Assembly (NCBI GenBank): GCA_002104945.1
Contig: MCFH01000019.1
Coordinates: 434,001 to 498,000 of the forward strand
Direction: 5' to 3'
DNA length: 64,000 bases
Origin: Piromyces finnis finn
Taxonomy: Eukaryota > Fungi > Neocallimastigomycota
Below, in pieces: positions 28,111 to 40,142 of this stretch; the first letter of the stretch is position 1; every line of letters begins with the position of its first letter. The notes beneath the pieces were generated by a model, which did no database searches, was not told where the DNA came from, and worked only from the letters and a program-made list of their open reading frames with translations. The translations under genes and the position numbers were made by a program.

Positions 28111-28692
28111 TTTATTTTTTTAAAAAAATATTCACGACTCACTTTTCATATTTAATCTTTCATCTTATTTAATATATAAATATTATATTGATAATTAAAT
28201 GTTTATTATATTTTAATTAATTTATTTTATTTCCATAAATGGTAAACTTTAATCATAATGATAATTTGATAATTTAATAGATTAAAATTATATTAAAAAA
28301 AAAAAATAGAATTTTGTATTATATTATTATAATATAATGAATAAGTAAAGTGAAAAGAGTGTTTTTTCTTGGTTTTTTTTTTTATTATTATTAAATGATA
28401 CTACTAATAATAATAATAATATAAAAAAACATATAAATACATTTGAATTTTTCTTCATTTTTTTGTCATTATTTTTAATCAATTTTTATAATTTTAAAGT
28501 TATAAGAAATTATCGTTTGATTATTTTTTGAATATTTTTAAAAATATATATATTATTTTAATATTTTATAATAAAATATAATATATATATTCTACAAAGT
28601 ATAAACATAAAATCAATTTATTATAAAGAAAACTATTAACTAAGAAACTTTTAAAACTTTTTTTTTTTATACAAATTTCTAACTAATCAAAA

Positions 28693-29313
28693 ATGAAGTT
28701 CCAAAGTATTTTATTATTCACTACTCTTGCTGCTTTAGCTTTCGCTAACAGTAATGAAATTTCTGATGATGAAGATATTGCTCCAGCTACTAAGGATGAC
28801 ATTTCTGATATTCCATCTAAGGTTGGAGATGTTGCCGATATCGGTTCAGACAAGGAAGATGATGCTTTAGATAATGCTGATATTTCAGATAATGCTAATG
28901 TTGATGATATTCCAGGAATTGGTGATTCAAATGAAAATCCAGATTCATCAGACATTACACCAGGTGATGCTGATGGTGTTAATCCAGATGCAGAAGCAGG
29001 TGAAGCTTCCGATGATTATGGAGAATCACCAAATGATGCAGCTGATGCAGCTGATGCAGGTGAAGCTTCAGATGATTATGCTAATGCCAATGATGAAGGT
29101 GATGTTGAAGGTGGAGATGATATCAAGAATGTTGATGATCTTGATGCCGAAGACAATGCTGAAGATTCAGCTGATGATGAAGAAGGTACCGATGGTACTT
29201 TAGCTGCTGCCGGTATTGCAGGTGCAGCTGCTCTTTCTTCAGCTGGTGTCTTCCTTTGGGTCAAGAGATCTAAGAAAGATTCATTAGAAAACAGTCCATT
29301 AAACATGGTTTAA
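28693..29313 (+). CDS. Acidic anchored surface protein, copy 3 (identical 206 aa)
   Basis: Inverted copy, divergent from copy 2. Confidence 0.88.
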   Translation: MKFQSILLFTTLAALAFANSNEISDDEDIAPATKDDISDIPSKVGDVADIGSDKEDDALDNADISDNANVDDIPGIGDSNENPDSSDITPGDADGVNPDAEAGEASDDYGESPNDAADAADAGEASDDYANANDEGDVEGGDDIKNVDDLDAEDNAEDSADDEEGTDGTLAAAGIAGAAALSSAGVFLWVKRSKKDSLENSPLNMV

Positions 29314-29569
29314 ATTCATCATGATTCATCGTGATTCATCATGAATCTAAATTTATAGAAATTCAAAAAAAAATATTCCTTTAGTTAATAGTTTTTCTTT
29401 TTTTGAGTAAAATGAAACTAAAGCTAAACTTTATGTATAAAATTAAAATGTATAAATAATTACTATCTAAAAAACTAAAAATAAAAAAATAATAAAAAAA
29501 TTCAAAAAATATAAAAAATAATAATATTTTAGTATTATAATTAGTGTTTAGTGTGACTTTGATAAATTA

Positions 29570-29769
29570 GTATTTATCCTAGATTTTTGGCTATTTTAGT
29601 CTGGAATTCTTCCAGAGCTTGAACTAACCTTGGATTCTCTGGCTAAACCTCTAAAGTTTTAGCCTAAAAATTCTCATTTTTAGAAAATTTCTTGGTTAAA
29701 AGTCTAGTAGAGGTCGAATTTCTTCTGGCTAAAAACTGGCTAAAATCACCAAAAATCTAGTATAAATAC
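29570..29769. mobile_element. MITE-like element with ~30-bp imperfect TIRs
   Basis: Left end GTATTTATCCTAGATTTTTGGCTATTTTAG (29570-29599) vs reverse complement of 29740-29769, GTATTTATACTAGATTTTTGGTGATTTTAG. Internal TGGCTAAA/TTTAGCC repeats. No clear TSD. Confidence 0.6.
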
Positions 29770-30156
29770 ATAAATACTAACTCATCTTTAACTAAAATAT
29801 TTTATGAAAATGAGGTTTACAGTTTTATAAATGAATAAATGAAAGGAATTTTAAAGATAGTAATTACTTTTTAATTTTAATGATTTTAATGAATTGCTTC
29901 TTTAACACACTAAATTAGTAAAAATTTCTTGGTTAAAAGTCTAGTAGAGGTCGAATTTCTTCTGGCTAAAAACTGGCTAAAATCACCAAAAATCTAGTAT
30001 AAATACATAAATACTAACTCATCTTTAACTAAAATATTTTATGAAAATGAAGTTTACAGTTTTATAAATGAATAAATGAAAGGAATTTTAAAGATAGTAA
30101 TTACTTTTTAATTTTAATGATTTTAATGAATTGCTTCTTTAACACACTAAATTAGT
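29683..30156. repeat. 237-bp tandem duplication containing the MITE right half plus flank
   Basis: GTCTAGTAGAGGTCG occurs at 29702 and 29939. The two units are nearly identical. Confidence 0.9.
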
Positions 30157-30228
30157 AATAACTTTTTAAGAAAAACTTTATCAAAATGTATCAAATAATG
30201 TACTTTTTTTTTTAATTTATTTTAGAGT

Positions 30229-30564
30229 TTATATATATAGATAAATTAATACATTTATAGGCAATAGCACGTTTTTTTTATTACTATCATTGTTAATTTC
30301 TACTAATTGAACTGGTACATAAATCTTATAATTAGAACCATCTTTTAAAATTTTATAGTTGAGTACATTCCCATTAATGCTCTCAACAAGATCATTTATT
30401 TTAAACTGCTGCTCAAACATTTCTTCATCATTTTCGTCTCTTAATGAACTTATCAAAGTTATATCATAGGTTTCTAGCACCCCTTTGGTTGCCATTCCAC
30501 AATAAATAATATTACTGCAAAATATTAATAAAATTATTAAAAGGAATACAATATATTTTCTCAT
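30229..30564 (-). CDS. Small putative secreted protein (first exon or partial)
   Basis: ATG at 30564, MRKYIVFLLIILLIFCSNIIYC signal-like start, coding-like composition. 3' exon structure is unresolved. Confidence 0.4.
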   Translation of the reverse strand: MRKYIVFLLIILLIFCSNIIYCGMATKGVLETYDITLISSLRDENDEEMFEQQFKINDLVESINGNVLNYKILKDGSNYKIYVPVQLVEINNDSNKKNVLLPINVLIYLYI

Positions 30565-30710
30565 ATTCAACATATATAATTATTAAAAATTATTATTTTT
30601 ATTACTAGTTAAAAATATTTCAATAAATATAATATTATTGATAATATTTATTTTTGTTAATATTTATTGAGATAATGATTATCTTATATTTTATTTTTAT
30701 TCTTATTTGC

Positions 30711-30797
<87 letters not shown>

Positions 30798-30966
30798 TTT
30801 TATTTTTATTAATATATAATATATATTTTTTTATTTTACTTTTTAGCAAATAACATATATTTTTTTTTTATGATAGATAAAAGTTATTATAATTTAAATT
30901 AAAATCTATTTAATGATAATAAATTATAAAGGAAAATGTTCAGTATACATATGAAATGATACGGGG

Positions 30967-31524
30967 TTTTTTTTTTTTTTTTTTTTTTTAACTTCCGAGT
31001 GCATTTCTCCCATCGATCAGAGTTAGCTCCAATGGTGGTTCTTAGAGAAACGTTGGCTCATTCCTATTGCTAGGTGGTTGTGACCCTCCTGGTCTGTCAT
31101 ACTGTTTCTTCAGCTTCGACGCTCACTTAATCCATGTACATTAGATGCATGTCGTTGTACGATATTTCACAACTACAATGCTAAGCCTCTTATAGTCAAT
31201 TTGATCACGTGTCAACCGCCCCCTAATGTTTACACTTAAATTGATTAAGGAATATTATGTGTTTTTGGCATAGCCTAAGTCACCACTTATTAAGTTCTAA
31301 TTTGGAATGTACCATGTACACTAGACCCTCTCAGGCCGGCTAGACGAGTGTTATTATCATAGTAGTAAATTAGAAAGTTCATTTATACTTACCTGAATAT
31401 CATAACCCAACCCATGGCAAACCCAGTGGGAAAATCCACAGGCACTGACATCTGCGGGGTCGAACCAGAAGCCTTATGTATGCTAAGGAAACGCCTTAAC
31501 AACCAGGATAAAAACTGGAACGAC
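30967..31524 (-). mobile_element. Complete SINE (~560 bp): tRNA-like head, core, LINE-derived tail, poly-A
   Basis: TSD AATGATACGGG at 30955-30965 and 31525-31535. Poly-T at 30967-30989 on the + strand. Head has B-box GGTTCGACCCC. Tail is homologous to the LINE 3' end. GC-rich against its flanks, no ORF. Confidence 0.88.
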
Positions 31525-32131
31525 AATGATACGGGTTAATTTTATGTAGAAAGAATTAAACTTTAATTAATATATATTTTATTAATAACTTTATTTATAA
31601 CGTTCCAATATTTCTATTCTGTCTAAATACTAAAACGTTCTGTCGTTGTCAAATATTAAAAATTCTAACTAAAACAAGAAGCCCTTTTTAATAATATTTA
31701 TTCTAATCTATTTATACTAATGAGGCTTACTTAATAATTAATTGTCCAATTATAAGGCTGGAACTATATGGATCATTCATTTACAATACTCTTTTACATT
31801 ACATGATATTACATTTGTCGTACATTTACATTATATTCTTATGCATTGTAGAAACAATTAATATTATAATAAAACTATATAAATTTAATATTAGGAAAAA
31901 TTACTAATATAATAATATGTTCAAGTCACATATTATTTTTATATCAGAAAATAATTAATTCGTATATATAATTTAACCAAAAATATTGATTGATTAAAAA
32001 ATAAAATAAAATTTGTGGATTTAAATAAAAATACCATAATAAATATGAAATATATAATGAATATAAATAACAATATCAATACATACATATATATGTATGT
32101 ATAGAATCGTTTTTATGCCAATTGATAAATT

Positions 32132-34328
32132 TTAAATTTGTATATTATATATATTATTATTATTTAAATAATGGAAAAATGATGGTAATAACAATTGATT
32201 AATATTTGTATAGCTATCAAACCTCATAAAATTTTTTAAACTTATTTGAAGTATATTATCTATAATTCTTGTGTTTTCTATTATTTCTTGTTCTTTTGCT
32301 TTAATTTCTTCTTCATAATATTTATATAGATCACCACTCGTATTAAACCATTTCAACCATATCTTGACATCATTTTCATTAATTTTTATTATATCTTCAT
32401 GCCAACAAATATTGAAATTATTCATTGAATTATATAAATAACTATTAGAATAATCAGCATTTAGTAAATATATTCCTAATGTCAATAAAAAAAAGGATTT
32501 ATTTTCATTGTTAATTTCAAACCACTCTTTATTTGTTAGCTTAATGTTAGAAAAATTACTAAAAAGTTTATATAAATCTACTGTATCATTTTTCTCGATG
32601 ATGTACTTATAATTTAATATTTCATAATCATATGTTAAACCACTATCATAAAAATTTACAATATAATTTAAAAAATTTATATAGCTATTTGTATATTCCA
32701 TGTCAATATTTAAAGATAGTATTTTATTATTTTTATTTACTTTATTTAGTTGTTTTCTTATAAATTCCATTTTATCTTTATCGATTTTATCATTTCTGAT
32801 ATTTTTAAGGAATATGTAATTAAACTGAGAAATAATTGTTTTGCGAATAAATGTACTAAGATATCTTTCATAATATAAATGTCTTACTTTTTCTGAAACA
32901 AAAATTCCAAAATTAGTTCTCATATTATTTACAGTATATATTTTATGCATAATATACAATTTTCTTCGCAACTCTAAATTTTCATTTATATCATTGAATT
33001 CCTTTTTATTTAATAATTCATTATAATTTTTTGAATTATCTAAATTAATTATATCATTATTATTAATAAAATCATGTTTGTCATTTATTGGATTATGATG
33101 TGATTCTTTATTAACATCTTCTTCTTCATTAATAAGATTAATACTTATATCATCTAAACTTTTACTTTTTCTCAATTTATTATGATCATCTCCAAATAAA
33201 TCGGAATATTCATCATCAAATTTTTGAAGAATTATAATTAAATGTTTGAAAAATGTTTCATAATTACTTTTACCATTGCTTTCATCAATTAATTCTTTGT
33301 AAAATCTAATTCTATTTCTAAAAAAATGGGGGGTTTTATAAAGTTTAACGTTTAAAATTTTATATAAATATTGTAGAAAATCCTCAATTTCTTCATCTTT
33401 AATGCCATCCACATAATCAGAATAATCAAAATCAGGATCAAGATCGCCCAAATCACAATCCATACCTTGAAAAAAGCAATCCCAAAAACCATCAATTAAT
33501 AGATTATTTATAGATATTAAGCTAAAATTAACATTATCTACAAAGTCGTTTTCAAATACATCATTAAAACTGTTATAGATATAACTAAAAAAAAGATTGA
33601 TGTTATTATTAAAAATATGATTAATTAATGATAAATTATTTTTCATATTACATAAATTCTCCCTGCATTCTTTAGATTTGTTTTCTTCTTCTTTCTTTTT
33701 TACTATCAAGTTGTATAAATTTGACAAAAAGGAATAATCAAGGTAAAAGAAATTTAGATTATAAAAATTAATATCTCTTGGGTTGATACTTTTTAATTCA
33801 TAAGCCTTTTCATCTATTTTCATTTTGGCTATGTTAAGTTTTTTGCATATATTCATAATTTCGTCGTAATATAAATATGCATTTTTATTATCAATGTATA
33901 AAATCTTTGATATTGGTTTTGAACTTTCAAAACTATTCAATATATTAAAAAAATCATTACTATTTATTTTAACCCTAAAGAAATTCAATTTCTCTTTTAA
34001 AAAATTTATTGTACTTTTTAAATGCAAAAAATTATCTTTATTTTTAATATTAAAAAAGAACAGAATAATGATTTTTAACGAGTTTTCAATCATTGATTTT
34101 TTCTGAAATAAAAATGAACTTTTAGCATTAATATTATTATCTAATTCAGAATTGATATTTTTATTATTATAATTGAATTTCATAAGCTGGTGATTTATTC
34201 TTGGTAAACTAATAAATTTTATATATTCAATTACAAAGAAGTTTATAAATTCATCATTCCTTAAAAGTGTTTTATAAATGCTATTAATATTACTATTTAT
34301 ATCAAATTCTTCATTATCATCATCATCA

Positions 34329-34362
<34 letters not shown>

Positions 34363-35788
34363 AAGTTTCAAATAAATTATCGATAATACTAGAATATTGC
34401 CTATTTGCATTTGAAATACTTTGAATTTTTAAATTTGAATTTTTATTGTCATTATTATCTTTATTATTGTAGCTGCTCCTATTGTTTTCATCGTTATTTT
34501 TGGTATTTAGATAATCTATATACATTATATCTTTTTCTTCAATTTCCTTTTTTAATTTTATGCATAATAAATCTACTAAATATTTTATCTGACTGACGAA
34601 CGCGATTACATAGTTATCGGGATCTTCTTGATATAATTTATTAACCTTGGTAAAAGGAATTTCGTACTTTTCACTAATATAATATTTGTTTTTTCGTCGA
34701 AATGGGCATTGTATTTTTTTGCTTGAAAGGGAGCGTTCTAAATTGATAAGCTTATTTTCGAGTTTATTCTTACTAACAGAGTTAAAGAGATTAATAGTGT
34801 AATAGTCTATATTTAAAATGGTTTTATAATAGTGAATATTATATAATTTAGAGAAATCGTATTTCTCGATTAATAATTTTCTATTGTTGATGTTATTTAG
34901 AATAAAATCGATTTCTTTAAGAATGCTGTTGGAATAACCAAATTTGTACACTTTTATATGCTTAATTTTATTTACATGATTAAATATAAAGTCGTTATCA
35001 TTTCTAATATCTTCAATGTAATAGGCTTCAGAAATAATAGGTTCAATTTCCACTTTGTGTTTAAGATATGTATATGGAATCCAATCCATAAATACTTCCT
35101 TTCCCATTTCTTTATATATTGCTGTTTTTTCTATATATTTCCAGTAATACTTTATCCATTCTATATTATCTTTTTCTATAAAATAATCAAGAGAATCAAG
35201 CTCCAACTGTTCGTTTTCTATTAATTCACTATATTGGATGTTTTTCGGCGTTAAATACTCCTTTATCATTAATTCATACAAATAATGTTCTAACTGGGTA
35301 TTATCCTTTTCATTTTCTAATAATAAATTAACTTTTTTTGTTTTTATTCTTTCAATATATCTTTCTTTGGGATATTTTTCACGGTATTGAACAAGATATT
35401 CTAATAAAATTATATTTCTAATTTTAATCTTTAAATAATATTGGTAGAGCTTAATGTAAAATAAGAAATTAATATATTTATTATATTCTCCTATTTTTAA
35501 TAATTTAATTAAACATTGACGGCTATTTTTAAAAAAATCTAATTCTTTTAAACATTTTAAATTGATAATATACATTTGAAGAAGATCGTAAATATCATCG
35601 ATATTATCGAAACTATTTTTGTTTATCTCTCTAATAATATCACTATTACTAAAATATTGATCAAATTGTAATAAAAAAGGGAGAATATCATTTGTTTTTT
35701 TGCATGAATCCATTAAAGCATTTAATGAAGATTCTGATAATATTTTTTGATTATTTTCATCTTTACTTTTATATTCCTTCTCGTCCAT
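32132..35788 (-). CDS. Hypothetical protein, 1218 aa, single ORF, N/K/I-rich
   Basis: Uninterrupted 3.6-kb ORF starting with ATG. No family recognised by eye. Confidence 0.75.
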
Positions 35789-37899
35789 TATTTAATTTCT
35801 TTTATATATATATTATTATTGTCATTATTATTATTATTATGTTTATTATTATGTTTATTATTATTATGTTTATTATTATGTTTATTATTACGTTTATTAT
35901 TATTATATAAATTAATAAAGATTTAAAAATAAAAAATGTATAGGATCAGTGATACTTTTATTTTAAATTGTTTACTTATTTTTATGTATATTTATTAATT
36001 ATTACTTTTACTACTTACATATATATTATTTTTATCCTATCTATGTAAACTATGTAAACTAGCTAAAAAACTAGGGAATTTCCTAAAATTTTCTATATTA
36101 ATATATAATAATTAATATTATTATTAAGATTTGTTTATTTAAGTTTTATAATTAGGTCAAATTTATTACCCTAACTTATGATAAAGAAACTATTACTTCA
36201 TTAATACTTTTGAAGCGATTATTACGAATTATTACTATTATATTATTGATTATTAATTTTCTACAGTTGATATTTTGATACTCTAATAAATTTATGGAAA
36301 TATAAAACCTTTTATACTACAACATGGCGTAGTATTTTATACAAGGTTAATCATATGAATAATTTATAACTAGTCCATAAAAAAAATATACTTAATCACA
36401 TAAAATACATAACATTGAGGTTAATTATACTAATACTAAGATTATATTTATAATATATCAATTATCAAGTAAATATTAAATTTTAATTAATAAATAATAT
36501 ATAAAATTCTTTTTATATTAAAACATTTATCCTCTTATTTATTTATATACATTTATTATTATAATAAATTATTTTACTATAAAAAAAATAGTAAATAAAT
36601 ATTTGTTTAATAACACACACGAATTTTTAAATAACTAAATATTAACATAAAAATTTAATATTAAATATATTTTTATAAACAATTTTTTTATACAATTTTT
36701 TATATATTTACTAAAATAAAAACACAATCAAAAGATATTTCATAATATTCTAGATTCTAGTAATATTGATAAAGAATTCAATGATTCTATTATTATATTT
36801 TATAATATAATTAAAGAAACTTTTTCTTTAACCTAATATTAAATAATAAATAATAGGTTAATATAAAGTTTTAATATCAATTTTTTTGTAAAAGTAACCT
36901 GTAATCTTTATAAACATACTATTTATATTATTTAAAATTTTTAAGATTATATATATAATGAAGAAAATCTAATGATATAAGAACAAAACAATAACCCCCA
37001 GCATTTTGTTTAATTGAAATTAAAGGTATGCGTAATATGAAGATAATAAAACTAACTATTTTTACTAATTTATATTATTTTAATAATATATTAAAACAGG
37101 TATTTTCAATTATTATGGGATTTATATTGTTACACATTATTTATATTTAATGGTATATTTAATAGTTCAGTTACTTGGAAACATATTTAAAGATTAGTAA
37201 ATACAAATTTTATTGAATTTACCAATTATTTCTGTTAAATACATATATTTAAATTATTCTGATTTTTTTTATTAAAGGTAATGTAATATTCGTTTAGCTC
37301 CGTGTTATTATTATTATCTTTTATACCTATATATGCTCCATAATTTATCAAAGATAAGAATACTCATTCATATCTAGAAATTCAGGGTTTTCTTATATAT
37401 TAAAAATAACTATAGAATTACATTTACTTTCTTTTTCTTCACTTTCTTTTTCTTCACTTAATAAACTATTAAATTCTATTTTTGAAAACAAAACTTTATA
37501 ATAGTAACTTTAAAATAAAATTATTATCAAATTTAAAATAATTATTACTTTCATAATATTTATCATTCTTGTAATTTTCAAATAATTCTTTCAATACTTT
37601 TTCCAATATTTCATTTCTATAAGAAATACGTATAGTATTATCCTTAATTTTAAAACAAAAACAATTAACTTTGTAATCAATTATTATATTTAAAACATTT
37701 AAGATTTTTAATATTTACTTTTTATTTTTAATTTTTTAGATAGTAATTATTTTATACATTTTAATTTTATACATTTAATTTTATACATAAATTTTAGCTT
37801 TAGTTTCATTTTACTCAAAAAAAGAAAAAACTATTAACTAAAGGAATATTTTTTTTTTGAATTTCTATAAATTTAGATTCATGATGAATCATGATGAAT

Positions 37900-38520
37900 T
37901 TAGACCATGTTTAATGGACTGTTTTCTAATGAATCTTTCTTAGATCTCTTGACCCAAAGGAAGACACCAGCTGATGAAAGAGCAGCTGCACCTGCAATAC
38001 CGGCAGCAGCTAAAGTACCATCGGTGCCTTCTTCATCATCAGCTGAATCTTCAGCATTGTCTTCGGCATCAAGATCATCAACATTCTTGATGTCATCTCC
38101 ACCTTCAACATCACCTTCATCATTGGCATTAGCATAGTCATCTGAAGCTTCACCTGCATCAGCTGCATCGGCTGCATCATTTGGTGATTCTCCATAATCA
38201 TCGGAAGCTTCACCTGCTTCTGCATCTGGATTAACACCATCAGCATCACCTGGTGTAATGTCTGATGAATCTGGATTTTCATTTGAATCACCAATTCCTG
38301 GAATATCATCAACATTAGCATTATCTGAAATATCAGCATTATCTAAAGCATCATCTTCCTTGTCTGAACCGATATCGGCAACATCTCCAACCTTAGATGG
38401 AATATCAGAAATGTCATCCTTAGTAGCTGGAGCAATATCTTCATCATCAGAAATTTCATTACTGTTAGCGAAAGCTAAAGCAGCAAGAGTAGTGAATAAT
38501 AAAATACTTTGGAACTTCAT
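37900..38520 (-). CDS. Acidic anchored surface protein, copy 4 (identical 206 aa)
   Basis: Same protein as copy 1. Six synonymous differences seen. Confidence 0.88.
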   Translation of the reverse strand: MKFQSILLFTTLAALAFANSNEISDDEDIAPATKDDISDIPSKVGDVADIGSDKEDDALDNADISDNANVDDIPGIGDSNENPDSSDITPGDADGVNPDAEAGEASDDYGESPNDAADAADAGEASDDYANANDEGDVEGGDDIKNVDDLDAEDNAEDSADDEEGTDGTLAAAGIAGAAALSSAGVFLWVKRSKKDSLENSPLNMV

Positions 38521-39068
38521 TTTGATTAGTTAGAAATTTGTATAAAAAAAAAAGTTTTAAAAGTTTCTTAGTTAATAGTTTTCTTTATAATAAATTGATT
38601 TTATGTTTTTACTTTGTAGAATATATATATTATATTTTATTATAAATTATTAAAATAATATATATATTTTTTATAAATATTCAAAAAATAATCAAACGAT
38701 AATTTCTTATAACTTTAAAATTATAAAAATTGATTTAAAATAATGACAAAAAAATGAAGAAAAATTCAAATGTATTTATATGTTTTTTAAGTCTATGTTA
38801 TATTAATAATAATTAAAAATTCATATTACTTTTAGCTTAAAACTTTTTTCAAGTTTCAAACAATTTTAATTTATTTTTAATAGTAGTATTTTTAGTAAAT
38901 TAATATTTTGATATTAAAACCTTATATTTTATTTTCTCTTTTACATAGCTTTATTATTACAAAATATAAATAAAAGATAATAATTAATAAATATAACAAA
39001 TAATAATAAAACTAATAACATAAACTAATGGAAATACTAATTAAATATATAATAATAACAACAACAAC

Positions 39069-39218
<150 letters not shown>

Positions 39219-40142
39219 TTTAATACTATATATTAATATTTCATTTTTATTATAAATTCGTTTTTTTAGATTTTTCTTTTCTAATTTAATTATTACTTTT
39301 CTTAAATAATGTAAATTAAAAAATCGCAATATATTAAATATATTATATATTATTAATTATTAATATATAAATATAATATAAATAATATATTAATGATATT
39401 CATAGTAATTTAAATATTAAATAAAAACTTTATTATTATCTAATTTAGTAGATTAATATGTAAAACGTAATATATTTATTATATTAAAATCAATTAAATA
39501 ATAAATATAATAAATTAAAATAAATATATTGTAATGTATTTTTATATTAAATTATTAAACATTATTATGAAATTCTATAGAAATAAAATAAAAACAAATA
39601 ATATTAAAGTTTAAAAAATATCATATAATGTGTTGTACTACATTGTACTACTCAAATATATTATTTTTTTAATTTTAAAATTTTAAAACTTTAATTTATA
39701 ATAAAAATTGAATAATTAAAAAAAAATGGCGCGCCAAGAGGAATCCTTAGGAAAAAATTATTTTTAAATGAACAAATGATTACTTATTAATAATTGACCC
39801 TTTTTTTTAATAAAAGTCACAAATACAAATTTAAATAGAATTAATAATATTGAAATATTGAAATCCTTCATAATACTTTATTATTATTATTATTATTTTA
39901 AAAATCATATAAATACCTACAAGAATTCCTTTTTTTTATTAATTAAATCAATTTTATAATAAACTATAAAATTAAAGAAATAAAATAAAAAAAACAACTT
40001 TTTTGTAAAACTATAAAAAATATATATATTATTTTACAAATAAAAAATTAATATATATATTAACATTAAAAGTATTTATATTAAAGAAAACTATTAACTA
40101 AAAGAAAAAAAAACACTTTTTTTTAAAAAACTTTTATCAAAA

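Larger units (their letters stand above)
25612..29512. repeat. Large inverted repeat: arms ~25612-27213 and ~27874-29512, spacer ~660 bp, each arm carrying one 206-aa gene
   Basis: Reverse-complement identity of the CDS, 3' flank and ~780 bp of upstream sequence. For example, 27120-27213 matches 27874-27966. Arm ends are approximate. Confidence 0.88.

Noticed and set aside
31385-31395. ATACTTACCTG, identical to the U1 snRNA 5' end
   Set aside because: The match stops at 11 nt with no recognisable U1 stems or Sm site. It lies inside a TSD-bounded SINE and is better read as a splice-donor motif on the opposite strand.
31383-31524. Spliced-leader RNA idea (5' hairpins followed by a splice donor)
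   Set aside because: The donor lies ~130 nt from the 5' end, longer than known leaders. The TSD and poly-A explain the element as a retroposon. There is no evidence of trans-splicing here.
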